Shown: positions 1-8,696, counted from the first letter of the stretch. The stretch: DNA of 64,000 nt from Flavobacteriales bacterium (GCA_030149285.1 JASBRU010000004.1:114997-178996), one strand, 5' to 3'. Numbers and translations: made by a program. Notes: a model not told the origin generated them from the letters alone.

Positions 1-886
1 CATCGTTTTCATCAAAACCGGAAGTACTGTAACTGTTAGAAAAGAAAATTAATCCGTTAGACACTCTTACATCTGCATACTTTGCAGGGTCTATTATAGG
101 GGGGTCTACATTTAGTATATGCTGATTCCAAAGACCGTTTGCTATATCATATCTATAAATATCATCATCAAAACCAATTGGTGTTTTGTTTACTGCATAC
201 ACATAGCCATTATATACCGCTAAGGTGTTATATAAACTAGTAGGTATAGTATTTTGCAAGCCATTTTGCCAAGTGCTGGATAGTAGCAATAAAGGGTCGC
301 TTCTATCTACCTTAAATACTCCGGCTTCTGTAGCTGCATACAACACATCATTTGCAGGGTCATATGCAAGCTCATTTACATTCAGCTCGGTTGCGTTTAC
401 ACCAATAAAGTAGGTGTCTTTTACAATTTTATCGGTAAGGTTTATCACCACAATACCAAAACCACATGAAACATATATATCATCTCCTATGGGCAAAATA
501 TGGTTGATTGTTTTTCGGCTGATACCCGATGCACGTTTTATATCGGCAATGTTTATTACCTCATTGCCTCTTATCAAATCTATATTGGCATTGTCATAAC
601 CCACCACTATATAGTCTGCAGCTTGGTTGTATGCTATTGCATTTACACCAATATCTGATAAGCCCGAAAGCTTAGACAAGCGGGTAATCTCTTCGGTAAC
701 AATATCGTAGGTAAATATAGACTGTGTAGTAGCACAGTACAGTAAATCTCCTTTGCGAGCAATATCTACACCTTTGCTATAAGGCAAGTGTTCTCGCCAC
801 AAGCCTAATGAGGTTACTTGGGCATTAATTGCCTGAATAGACAAAACGAAAACAAATAAAAAAACAAGCCTTTTTCTAATAAACAT
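1..886 (-). CDS. porZ: T9SS component PorZ-like beta-propeller protein, 5' part (runs off window start)
   Basis: Not in the ORF track. Manual translation from ATG at 886: MFIRKRLVFLFVFVLSIQAINAQVTSLGLWREHLPYSKG...SKLSGLSD...VGYDNANIDLI...YVSCGFGIVVINL...DTYFIG. Signal peptide plus PorZ N-terminal propeller motifs; frame open to base 1. Confidence 0.8.
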   Translation of the reverse strand, partial: MFIRKRLVFLFVFVLSIQAINAQVTSLGLWREHLPYSKGVDIARKGDLLYCATTQSIFTYDIVTEEITRLSKLSGLSDIGVNAIAYNQAADYIVVGYDNANIDLIRGNEVINIADIKRASGISRKTINHILPIGDDIYVSCGFGIVVINLTDKIVKDTYFIGVNATELNVNELAYDPANDVLYAATEAGVFKVDRSDPLLLLSSTWQNGLQNTIPTSLYNTLAVYNGYVYAVNKTPIGFDDDIYRYDIANGLWNQHILNVDPPIIDPAKYADVRVSNGLIFFSNSYSTSGFDEND

Positions 887-921
887 ACTTTCAACAATTT
901 AGCTATGAGCCATAGCAGCTC

Positions 922-929
922 CAAATATA
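922..929 (-). promoter_or_regulatory. Bacteroidota sigmaA -7 element (TATATTTG) for porZ
   Basis: Exact TAnnTTTG on the minus strand, ~35 nt upstream of the porZ ATG. Confidence 0.6.
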
Positions 930-952
930 AACGATAAAGACTGCAAAAATGA

Positions 953-960
953 TATATTTG
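953..960 (+). promoter_or_regulatory. Bacteroidota sigmaA -7 element (TATATTTG) for tRNA-Arg
   Basis: Exact TAnnTTTG 12 nt upstream of the tRNA. Confidence 0.65.
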
Positions 961-972
961 CTTGTGTTTTTT

Positions 973-1046
973 GGCCCCGTAGTTCAACTGGATAGAATAT
1001 CAGATTTCGGCTCTGAGGGTTGGGGGTTCGAATCCTCCCGGGGTCA
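973..1046 (+). tRNA. tRNA-Arg(UCG), CCA not encoded
   Basis: Cloverleaf: acceptor GGCCCCG/CGGGGTC, D-arm GTTC..GAAT, anticodon stem TCAGA/TCTGA with loop TTTCGGC, T-arm GGGGG-TTCGAAT-CCTCC. Confidence 0.95.
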
Positions 1047-1073
1047 CAACTATAAATCTACTATCTTTAAAGT

Positions 1074-1574
1074 ATGGAAAATCAGGTTTTAGACGATGCA
1101 TTTCAAGAAATAAAAGAAAGAAGACGCAAGCTACTCCCTTGGTGGATACGTTTTTTTACATGGGTATATATGATTTTTGGAGTTATAGCCCCTCTTGGAC
1201 TTATTGCAGGCATTGCAGGCTGGCAGTTTAACTTATCTATTTATGGCTTAAGTACTGTGCAGCCTTTGTCTATTATAGGCCTAGTAATTATCTGTTTATT
1301 TATATTGAATGGACTAGCTGCTTTTGGCCTTTGGTTAGAAAAAGACTGGGCAATACTATATGCAAAGGCTGCCGGTTATACAGGCATAGTGGTTTGTATT
1401 TTTACCATGTTTATAATGCCTTCTCTATTTCCGCCACACGATAACTCTATTTATTTTGTGAATGGGAGTACTTCTATTAGTATTAGGTTAGAGCTTGCTT
1501 TACTTACTCCGTTTGTAATACGCCTAAGCAAAATACAGCGGGAGTGGAAACTAAGAGGCTTTAGTGCTATATAG
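1074..1574 (+). CDS. hypothetical membrane protein (~4 TM)
   Basis: 166-aa ORF with several hydrophobic helices; sits between the tRNA and its 3'-half copy. Confidence 0.8.
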   Translation: MENQVLDDAFQEIKERRRKLLPWWIRFFTWVYMIFGVIAPLGLIAGIAGWQFNLSIYGLSTVQPLSIIGLVIICLFILNGLAAFGLWLEKDWAILYAKAAGYTGIVVCIFTMFIMPSLFPPHDNSIYFVNGSTSISIRLELALLTPFVIRLSKIQREWKLRGFSAI

Positions 1575-1588
1575 TTTTACTATATTTT

Positions 1589-1632
1589 ATTTCGGTTCTG
1601 AGGGTTGCAGGTTTGAATCCTGTCGAGGTCAC
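1589..1632 (+). pseudogene. degenerate 3' half of tRNA-Arg (att-like direct repeat of 1004-1047)
   Basis: 37/44 nt identical to the tRNA from the anticodon loop to the 3' end; T-stem still pairs (GCAGG/CCTGT); no 5' half. Confidence 0.85.
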
Positions 1633-1661
1633 TTACTAATTAATCATATTAATAAAATCTT

Positions 1662-2672
1662 ATGGATTTCCCGAAAAGAAAACAACAGCATAAATCTCAA
1701 TCAGACTCTTTTGCAATACTTTTATATAGGCTCAAAGAGCTTGGAATATTTAGAAGTTTTACTGAAAATGACTACGGTATTGATTTTGAAATCGAAATAA
1801 TTCTTAAAGAAAATGTCATTGGAAAATATTTAAAAGCACAAGTAAAGAGTGCTCAAAAAGTAAAAATTCGAAAACGTGATAATATCCCTACTATAAGCGG
1901 AATTAAACAATCTACACTTTTATATTGGGCTGAATTAAGTTTCAAAAGCCCTGTTGTAGTTTTTGCTGTTGACCTAAAAACTGAAGCAATATATTACACA
2001 AAAAGTGTTTTTTGGCAGGCTACTAAGTTAATTGACGACACCAATAAATCTAAAACTATTGAATTCCTACCTGCGTTGGAGTTACCTAATACAGAAGATA
2101 ATATTACTAAAAAAAAGATGGAGGGTTTTATAACTAGTTTACTAGTGAAAAAAATTGCTTATGACCCTAGTATAAGTGATATAATTTTTGCACATAAAAC
2201 TATCCTTAGAAGTCTTAAAAATATATTTGATATGTATACTGATACATGGCATTACGATGCTTGGACTGAAGTTCAATCTTTAGATATTTTTAAAACTACT
2301 CTCGATTGCTCCATATATCTTATCGAGCTTCCTAAAGAAATTGATGGTGTTGATGCTGATGATTTGAAAAACCTTTTAAGTTTTGACTATTGGGCAAAAA
2401 AAACTAATTGGTCAGGCGATGAAGTCTCAAATGAAATTGCAAAAATTCCACTCAAAATTATTTTACCCCTTTTACTAAGTAGAATATCTTATTTCTCCAA
2501 TATGATTTTAGATGCTAAAACCTACTGGCAACATAAAGACATTGCTTACTTGAAACTAGTCCATTCAATTAAAATTCCTGAAAACCTTGATCATGAATCA
2601 ATAACAGACATTAGTTATAATAATACCCCTTTAACAAATGATGTTCCCTTTTCACATTATTTATTAGTATAA
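1662..2672 (+). CDS. DUF4365 (PD-(D/E)XK-like) domain protein with C-terminal helical region
   Basis: N-terminal FR...ENDYGIDFEIEI...KAQVKS motif typical of the DUF4365 restriction-like fold; very AT-rich. Confidence 0.7.
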   Translation: MDFPKRKQQHKSQSDSFAILLYRLKELGIFRSFTENDYGIDFEIEIILKENVIGKYLKAQVKSAQKVKIRKRDNIPTISGIKQSTLLYWAELSFKSPVVVFAVDLKTEAIYYTKSVFWQATKLIDDTNKSKTIEFLPALELPNTEDNITKKKMEGFITSLLVKKIAYDPSISDIIFAHKTILRSLKNIFDMYTDTWHYDAWTEVQSLDIFKTTLDCSIYLIELPKEIDGVDADDLKNLLSFDYWAKKTNWSGDEVSNEIAKIPLKIILPLLLSRISYFSNMILDAKTYWQHKDIAYLKLVHSIKIPENLDHESITDISYNNTPLTNDVPFSHYLLV

Positions 2673-2684
2673 GATGATATTTTG

Positions 2685-2711
2685 TATACATAAGATTTTT
2701 ATGTATATTTG
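2685..2711 (+). promoter_or_regulatory. Putative PadR operator (TATACATAA-N5-TTATGTATA) overlapping the -7 element TATATTTG (2704-2711)
   Basis: Perfect 9-bp inverted repeat directly upstream of padR, overlapping the promoter. Confidence 0.65.
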
Positions 2712-2715
2712 TCTT

Positions 2716-3051
2716 ATGTATTCAAATAATCTAATTAAAGGCACACTACAACCTATTATTCTGAAGTTATTAGAAAGCGGCAGAATGTATGGTTATGAGA
2801 TCACCCAAAAGGTAAAAGAATTATCTGATGGGAAAATAGAAATAACTGAAGGCGCATTGTACCCTGCATTGCATAAGCTAGAAGCAGACGGCATACTTAA
2901 AACCGAAAAAGAGTATATCGGTAAACGGGTGCGCAAGTATTACTCTTTGTCTGACGATGGCGCTGCAGTAGCAACAGCAAAAGTCACAGAGTTTTCTGAT
3001 TTTATGCAAACCGTAAGTTCTATTCTATCTCCAAAAGCAAAAACATTATGA
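2716..3051 (+). CDS. PadR family transcriptional regulator
   Basis: LIKGTL..IILKLL...MYGYEI...EGALYPALHKLE..G...RKYYSL. Start moved from 2674 to ATG 2716 because the promoter lies inside the longer ORF. Confidence 0.92.
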   Translation: MYSNNLIKGTLQPIILKLLESGRMYGYEITQKVKELSDGKIEITEGALYPALHKLEADGILKTEKEYIGKRVRKYYSLSDDGAAVATAKVTEFSDFMQTVSSILSPKAKTL

Positions 3052-3467
3052 TACTAACTGAGCAACAAATAGACTATATCAAAAAAGACATCTCTAACAG
3101 AGGGGTGAGCTTAACAGATTTGGCTGACAGCTTGGTAGACCATATCTGCTGTTTTATAGAAAACAATAATCATACAGACTTTAGCACTGCATACGAAGCG
3201 GCCCTGGCAAAATTTGGCAGTTTCGGACCAAAAGAAATTCAAAAAAACACCACACTATTATTAAATCTCAAAAAAGAAACAATTATGAAAGCAACCATGT
3301 ATATCTTAGGATACGTAGCCGTAATTTTAGTTACAACCGGTAGCCTATTTAAAACCATGCACTGGCCAATGGCTAACATATTTTTGGTAACCGGCATTAT
3401 GCTGTTAAACATTGGCGTATTACCTATGTACTTTTATAACAAGTACAAGCAGTCTATTGCACAATAG
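3048..3467 (+). CDS. PadR-associated membrane protein with GldL-like two-TM C-terminus
   Basis: ATGA overlap with padR. N-terminal L.DH.CC.IE...F..A...FG motif; C-terminal GSLFKTMHWP resembles the GldL N-terminal GALFK.LHW motif. Confidence 0.7.
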   Translation: MILTEQQIDYIKKDISNRGVSLTDLADSLVDHICCFIENNNHTDFSTAYEAALAKFGSFGPKEIQKNTTLLLNLKKETIMKATMYILGYVAVILVTTGSLFKTMHWPMANIFLVTGIMLLNIGVLPMYFYNKYKQSIAQ

Positions 3468-3492
3468 CAATACGCAAAAACATAATTAAATG

Positions 3493-3522
3493 AAAAGCCT
3501 GCACAGATGTGTAGGCTTTTTT
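3493..3522 (+). terminator. Rho-independent terminator
   Basis: AAAAGCCTGCAC-AGAT-GTGTAGGCTTTTTT. Confidence 0.8.
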
Positions 3523-3616
3523 GATTCTAGCAACCTGTTTACTATATAATCCAATACTTAAAAATGCTTATTTTGGTTCAAGAAAAGTTAACAATTCTCA
3601 TAAAACATAAGCACAA

Positions 3617-4450
3617 ATGGGAAAATGCATCTATTGTGAAAAAAAAGCAGGTTTTTTAAGTTCTCGGCACAGAGCATGTAAAACCAAATTTGAAAATGGG
3701 GTTCAATTATATATAGATGAAATATCTAATACAATAGTTAAAAAATCTACCTATGAAAATTTAAAACAAAAATTAGAGGAAATAAGGGTATCACACTTGA
3801 TAAAAGAAAACCAAAAACCAAGCTTAATAGCATTAGGCTTTGACAGAGCAATCAAAAGCATTTTAAGTGATCGTTTATTATCTGTAGAAGAAGAGGACAG
3901 AGTAACAGAGTTTAAAACCCGCTTTGAGTTAAGTGAAAAGCTTTTAGATAAAAATGGCTCTTATACAAAAGTAATAATGTCCTCCATATTAAGAGACCTA
4001 AGTATTGGGCTTATTCCAGAATTAAATACCAATAATGTAATTCCCTTGCCTTTCCTTTTTCAAAAATCTGAACAATTGATTTGGTTTTTTAATGATGTAG
4101 GGTATTATGAACAGCAAACACGAACAGAATATCACGGTTCTAAAGGGTCTTTAAACTTTGAGTTATTTAAAGGTGTAGATTATGAGATGAGTTCTTTTTC
4201 TGTTAGCCCTGTATCTATTACAGAAATGAACTATATAAGTACCGGAACACTTGCGATAACCACTAATCATATTTATTTTGGTTCTGATGATACCACTTTT
4301 AAAATTCGTCATTCAAATTTAATTGGCATAGACCCTTATGAAGATGGAATAGGTATTCATACAGACGGATGGAATTCAGTACCCCAAGTATTCAATAATA
4401 TAGATGGATGGTTTATGTATTACGCTATCATAGGTCTTAATAAGCTTTAA
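3617..4450 (+). CDS. hypothetical protein; N-terminal CxxC..H..C zinc motif, C-terminal PH-like region
   Basis: MGKCIYC..AGFL..RH.AC at the N-terminus; C-terminal YYE..TR..Y.G...GTLAITTNHIYF pattern. Confidence 0.7.
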   Translation: MGKCIYCEKKAGFLSSRHRACKTKFENGVQLYIDEISNTIVKKSTYENLKQKLEEIRVSHLIKENQKPSLIALGFDRAIKSILSDRLLSVEEEDRVTEFKTRFELSEKLLDKNGSYTKVIMSSILRDLSIGLIPELNTNNVIPLPFLFQKSEQLIWFFNDVGYYEQQTRTEYHGSKGSLNFELFKGVDYEMSSFSVSPVSITEMNYISTGTLAITTNHIYFGSDDTTFKIRHSNLIGIDPYEDGIGIHTDGWNSVPQVFNNIDGWFMYYAIIGLNKL

Positions 4451-4453
4451 ATT

Positions 4454-5566
4454 ATGTATAATCTCTCCAAAAACTATCTATCAATATTTCTTTTTTCCCT
4501 TTATTCAGTAACAGGTTACTCTCAAACACTAGAAACCCAATTTCAGGAAGTTTTAGACTTTACTTACCAAGAAAACACGGATGCTGTAGGCATGATTATT
4601 CATGTGGAAGCACCCAACAAAAATATTTCGTGGACAGGAGTAGTTGGTTATTCCGGTAAAGAAAATACGCTTGCACTAAATACAAACCAGCCTGTACTTA
4701 TTGCCAGTAATACTAAAACTTATGTTGCGGTTGCAACCCTAAAACTGGTTGAAAAAGGCAAAATAAAACTAAACCAACCAATTGCAGATTTAATTAGTGA
4801 AAAATCAAATACTGTATTAACGGAAGATGGCTATGAGTTAGATAAAATTACGATTAGGCATCTGTTATCACATACATCAGGCATTGCCGACTATGTAGAT
4901 GATGCCTATTTTGAACTTGTTAATGAAAAACCATATAAACTATGGACTAGAGATGAACAAATACAGCGCACAGTAGCTGTTGGCGACCCATTAGCTGAGC
5001 CGGGAAAACAATTTAAGTACGGCGATATTAATTATTTGCTCCTTACTGAAATTATTGAACAGCAAACTGACAAGCCCTTTTATACAGCAATAAGAGGGTT
5101 AATAGATTATGAAAAACATGGGCTCAATTCTACTTGGTTTATTAATTTAGAAAAAGCTCCTGAGGGTACACTTCCCTTAGCACACCAGTATTGGAGCAAA
5201 TACGATTGGGGCTCTTACTATCAAAACCCATCATGGGATTTGTATGGCGGCGGAGGAATAGCCTCTACGGCAGAAGACTTAGCCCTCTTTTTTCAGTTGT
5301 TATTTGAGGGCAAAATCATTCAGGATAAAGAGCTTTTGGCAGAAATGTACTCCTTTGTATTACCCAAAGAAGAGTCAATCTATTGCTTAGGGATAAGAGT
5401 GATTTCTTTTCATGGTCATACGGCTTATTACCACGGTGGTTTTTGGGGTACTGATGTAATGTATCTGCCGGAGTTCAACACTACAATTTCTGCTTTTACC
5501 CTTCAAAAAGACAAGCGTAATTTAAATGCTGAAATCAGTAACAAAATTTTAGAGTTGTTAAAATAA
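4454..5566 (+). CDS. serine hydrolase, beta-lactamase/DD-peptidase (S12) family
   Basis: SxxK (ASNTK), TIRHLLSHTSG, PG..F.Y, HGG motif; signal peptide. Confidence 0.88.
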   Translation: MYNLSKNYLSIFLFSLYSVTGYSQTLETQFQEVLDFTYQENTDAVGMIIHVEAPNKNISWTGVVGYSGKENTLALNTNQPVLIASNTKTYVAVATLKLVEKGKIKLNQPIADLISEKSNTVLTEDGYELDKITIRHLLSHTSGIADYVDDAYFELVNEKPYKLWTRDEQIQRTVAVGDPLAEPGKQFKYGDINYLLLTEIIEQQTDKPFYTAIRGLIDYEKHGLNSTWFINLEKAPEGTLPLAHQYWSKYDWGSYYQNPSWDLYGGGGIASTAEDLALFFQLLFEGKIIQDKELLAEMYSFVLPKEESIYCLGIRVISFHGHTAYYHGGFWGTDVMYLPEFNTTISAFTLQKDKRNLNAEISNKILELLK

Positions 5567-5572
5567 TCCCTC

Positions 5573-6067
5573 TTAGCGAGGGATCATTTGATTGGTATCA
5601 AGCGGGTAACTATCATACTTATTGTAAAGCTTCAAAAAATCATCAGGGTTTACAGGGGCTGAGCTTAGTACTTGTTTAAGCCCTCTCATAAACCCTTCTC
5701 GCTTTGCAGCCGGATTAAAAATTAAGGTCACCTTAGCTTCACTTTGTTGGTCATTTTTAAAACCATGCGGTGTAAACCTAGGCACATATACAATATCTCC
5801 TTTCTGTAGCTTATGCTCCTCTTCCCCTACTTGCACCGTTACAATGCCCTCTCTCACCATAAATGTTTCATCCATAAACCGATGATAATGTGGTTTAGCC
5901 CCAACAGCCCCTGCACCAAGTGTTATATAATATATCCCTAATTGGTCATTAGTATGTTCACTTGTAAGCATCAGGTTTGTCGACACATTATCTAAAACAA
6001 GGTGTTCTCCATCATCAGGTTTAATAATTTTTGCTCTATTTTCTAGTTTATCATTTAAGTAGTCCAT
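5573..6067 (-). CDS. cupin domain protein
   Basis: PHYH..MDETF.V.EG and GD.VYVPRFTPHGF cupin motifs. Confidence 0.88.
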   Translation of the reverse strand: MDYLNDKLENRAKIIKPDDGEHLVLDNVSTNLMLTSEHTNDQLGIYYITLGAGAVGAKPHYHRFMDETFMVREGIVTVQVGEEEHKLQKGDIVYVPRFTPHGFKNDQQSEAKVTLIFNPAAKREGFMRGLKQVLSSAPVNPDDFLKLYNKYDSYPLDTNQMIPR

Positions 6068-6071
6068 AGTG

Positions 6072-6446
6072 TTATTTTGAAAGACTTATTAATTCAACTT
6101 TTGGGAAATTCCCAATTACTGTCCAGCCATCTTCATTTACCAATGAGATGTAAGAATGAAAATGTAAATACTCACTTGACAATGTAAGCTTTACCATAGC
6201 CATATCTTCCATAATATCTACTGAGTGTATGTTTATTTCTCTAGGCACACCTCCAAACTTTCCGGTAGATACATGCTCAACATAATCCTCTTTATTAATT
6301 AAATACACACCTTTTTTATCAAAGTATCCGTTTTGGATATTTAAAAAATCTTTATGCATTGCTTTGCTAAGCCTATCTATGTTTGCTTCGTCCGCTCCTT
6401 CTGTAAAGTTTTTTAATGCTGCAATCACTTGTTCTTTATCAGTCAT
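6072..6446 (-). CDS. SnoaL/NTF2-like (putative lumazine-binding) protein
   Basis: 124 aa with NTF2-like pattern (L.KAMH..F, REINIHSVDI..DMAMVK, W.VI). Confidence 0.7.
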   Translation of the reverse strand: MTDKEQVIAALKNFTEGADEANIDRLSKAMHKDFLNIQNGYFDKKGVYLINKEDYVEHVSTGKFGGVPREINIHSVDIMEDMAMVKLTLSSEYLHFHSYISLVNEDGWTVIGNFPKVELISLSK

Positions 6447-6473
6447 AATTTTATAGTTTATTAATTATTAATT

Positions 6474-7052
6474 TCAAATTGATTGTCTTCCTAATACCTC
6501 AACCTGAGAAAGCCAATTTTCTCTTTGTTCTGGTGTTGAAGAATAAACCGGAGTAAATACTGTGGTTTTCACGGGGCTTACTCCACAATACTCCAGCAAG
6601 CCCTGTTTCATCGCTCGTAAGCCAACATTTTTATACACCAGGGAGTAATACCATTTGGGCGTGTCCATTGTAGTAACTATTCTAGCCGACTTCCCTTTAA
6701 GAAGTTTATCCCAAGACTTTGGGTTTCCCCTATGCTTAAATGCAAAGCCTGATAGAAATGTACGGTCAATAAATCCTTTAAGAAGCGCTGGATATGTTCC
6801 CCACCAAATCGGAAATACAAATACAAGATGATCTGCCTGTTTAATCTTCTGTTGAGCTTCTATAATTTCATGCTCAAGATTATCACCCTTGCCTCTATCC
6901 TCTTTCAGAACCAAGTCGAATTGTATTTTATATAAATGCAAAACCTCACAGTTGTGCCCTGCTTCTTTTGCCGATTGATAATATTTGTCTGCAAAAGCAG
7001 TAGAGAGGCTGTTCTCATTTGGGTGTCCGTTTATAACCACTATTTTCTTCAT
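6474..7052 (-). CDS. NAD(P)H-dependent quinone oxidoreductase (flavodoxin_2 family)
   Basis: INGHP..SLS, ADHLVFVFPIWWG.PALLKGFIDR, LKGKSA. Confidence 0.92.
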   Translation of the reverse strand: MKKIVVINGHPNENSLSTAFADKYYQSAKEAGHNCEVLHLYKIQFDLVLKEDRGKGDNLEHEIIEAQQKIKQADHLVFVFPIWWGTYPALLKGFIDRTFLSGFAFKHRGNPKSWDKLLKGKSARIVTTMDTPKWYYSLVYKNVGLRAMKQGLLEYCGVSPVKTTVFTPVYSSTPEQRENWLSQVEVLGRQSI

Positions 7053-7075
7053 ACTTTAGTACTTTTTGATGTAAA

Positions 7076-7102
7076 AACAGACAAGTCACCCAAAACGTGA
7101 CA
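7076..7102 (-). promoter_or_regulatory. ECF41-type promoter TGTCACG-N16-TGTT for the oxidoreductase operon
   Basis: Minus strand reads TGTCACG TTTTGGGTGACTTGTC TGTT; matches the ECF41 -35 TGTCAC consensus and spacing. Confidence 0.7.
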
Positions 7103-7114
7103 AACTTTTACATT

Positions 7115-7141
7115 TGTCACGAAAAGCCCCTTTACACTGTT
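7115..7141 (+). promoter_or_regulatory. ECF41-type promoter TGTCACG-N16-TGTT for the sigma gene
   Basis: TGTCACG AAAAGCCCCTTTACAC TGTT; same boxes and spacing as the divergent copy. Confidence 0.65.
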
Positions 7142-7159
7142 ATAAGAGAAAACATTATT

Positions 7160-7999
7160 GTGGAGAATTATCAGAAAATACTGTTTCCTTATGCCTACAA
7201 TATTTTAGGCTCAGCAGAAGACGCTAGAGATGCTATACAGGATGTGTTAGTTAAATACTTGCAGGTAAAAACTAAGCCTGAAAATGAAAAAAACTATTTG
7301 ATTAGGGCTGTGATTAATCAATCTATTAATCTTAAAAAAAAGCAACAAAAGCTGGCCTATGATAATAACTTACCTCAGCCAATTGTCACGTCTGATTATA
7401 GTATTCAAACTGAGTTAAATGATTTGGTTTCTTACTCTCTATTGCTCTTATTAGAGAAACTAAATCCAAAAGAACGAGCTGTTTTTATTCTGAAAGAAGC
7501 CTTTGCATACACTCATCAAGAAATTGCGGATGTGTTATCTATCACTGAAGAAAATTCAAGAAAAATTCTCAGCAGGGCATCATCAAAAGTGCATCATCAA
7601 AAAGCGGTTTCTAAAACACATAAGCCTTCTAAAAACCACGAAAAACTAAAACAGTTTATTGAGGCAATTCAACAAAGAAATTTAGAACAGTTACATAGTA
7701 TTTTTAAGGAAGATATATCATTTAGAGCAGATGGTGGTAAGCATATGAATGTGGTAGCAAAACTAGCTTCGGGCATCGACAAGGTTTCTGAATTAATGGT
7801 GTTTATTTACCATAAATTTCAAACCGGGTATGAAATAAGTTATTATGAAGTAAATCACCAGCCCTCTATTTTATACTTTGAAGGTAAGGTTTTAAGAGCA
7901 TGTCAAGTTTTTGAAATAGACCCTAAATCCAATAAAATAGCTAGTATTTCCGTAATATTAGATCCTATTAAACTCAACCGTATCTTCCAAAACAACTGA
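7160..7999 (+). CDS. ECF41/SigJ-type sigma-70 factor with C-terminal SnoaL-like extension
   Basis: YAYNILGS..DA.D.IQD, LLE.L.PKERAVFILKEAF.Y...EIA and the ECF41 hallmark ADGG; likely start is GTG 7160, downstream of its promoter. Confidence 0.88.
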   Translation: MENYQKILFPYAYNILGSAEDARDAIQDVLVKYLQVKTKPENEKNYLIRAVINQSINLKKKQQKLAYDNNLPQPIVTSDYSIQTELNDLVSYSLLLLLEKLNPKERAVFILKEAFAYTHQEIADVLSITEENSRKILSRASSKVHHQKAVSKTHKPSKNHEKLKQFIEAIQQRNLEQLHSIFKEDISFRADGGKHMNVVAKLASGIDKVSELMVFIYHKFQTGYEISYYEVNHQPSILYFEGKVLRACQVFEIDPKSNKIASISVILDPIKLNRIFQNN

Positions 8000-8000
8000 T

Positions 8001-8696
8001 ATGTACATACACAAGCCTTTCTTTATCAAAGCATCTCTCATCTTAATATTTTCATTAGGTTCTTTATTTGCAACCGCACAAAACATATTCGGTTTGTGGG
8101 AAATCACCGAAGTAAAAATGGGTAATGAAGCAATGACCCCAATTGCAAAATGGACTCGCATAAATTTAGATGGCACATATGAGTCTGGTAATGGATGGCT
8201 ACAAAACTCTGAAGGGGTTTGGTCCTATAATGAAAACACAAACTCTTACGCGCCCAAAGAAAAAAACGGTATTACAGACCCTTTTGGTGGCTTTACAGTT
8301 ACACTTTCTGAAAACACAATGCTATGGGAACGAATGGAAGAAGAAGGGGCAATGGTTACAGTAAGTTTACAAAGAATAGATAAGTTACCTAAAGCTCCTG
8401 CAGATATGGTTGTTGGTTTATGGGAGCTACAAGCTAATCAACCCACTGACGAAGCTCACACAATACATATTCGTTGGGATAGACTCTATAAAAAGCAAAT
8501 AGGTAGTGTTACAGAGTATGGGTACTGGAACATCCATGCTCACAGAGTAGAGATTGTGTTTTTTGATGATAGCACTGAGAATCTGAAAAAATGGAAAATT
8601 GAAGTAGATGATAATACATTAAAGCTTATTGGTATATCTGACTCCAACAAAGGAATTGAGCACACCTACAAGCGCCTACATAAGTTTCCTGAATAA
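8001..8696 (+). CDS. secreted hypothetical protein, two lipocalin-like repeats
   Basis: Signal peptide; two I/VxGxWE...GxW repeats. Confidence 0.7.
   Translation: MYIHKPFFIKASLILIFSLGSLFATAQNIFGLWEITEVKMGNEAMTPIAKWTRINLDGTYESGNGWLQNSEGVWSYNENTNSYAPKEKNGITDPFGGFTVTLSENTMLWERMEEEGAMVTVSLQRIDKLPKAPADMVVGLWELQANQPTDEAHTIHIRWDRLYKKQIGSVTEYGYWNIHAHRVEIVFFDDSTENLKKWKIEVDDNTLKLIGISDSNKGIEHTYKRLHKFPE

Noticed and set aside
225-599. Two short plus-strand ORFs
   Set aside because: Antisense shadows of the porZ reading frame.
899-916. Tiny upstream ORF (MAHS*) and GCTATG/CATAGC hairpin in the porZ leader
   Set aside because: Too short to distinguish from chance without conservation data.
1564-1800. 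78-aa ORF in the track
   Set aside because: It is a translation through the tRNA remnant (FGSEGCRFESCRGH) and overlaps the DUF4365 gene out of frame.
4454-5566. Class C beta-lactamase resistance gene (also 27856-29004)
   Set aside because: Only generic serine-hydrolase motifs; the AmpC YxN/KTG signature is not present.
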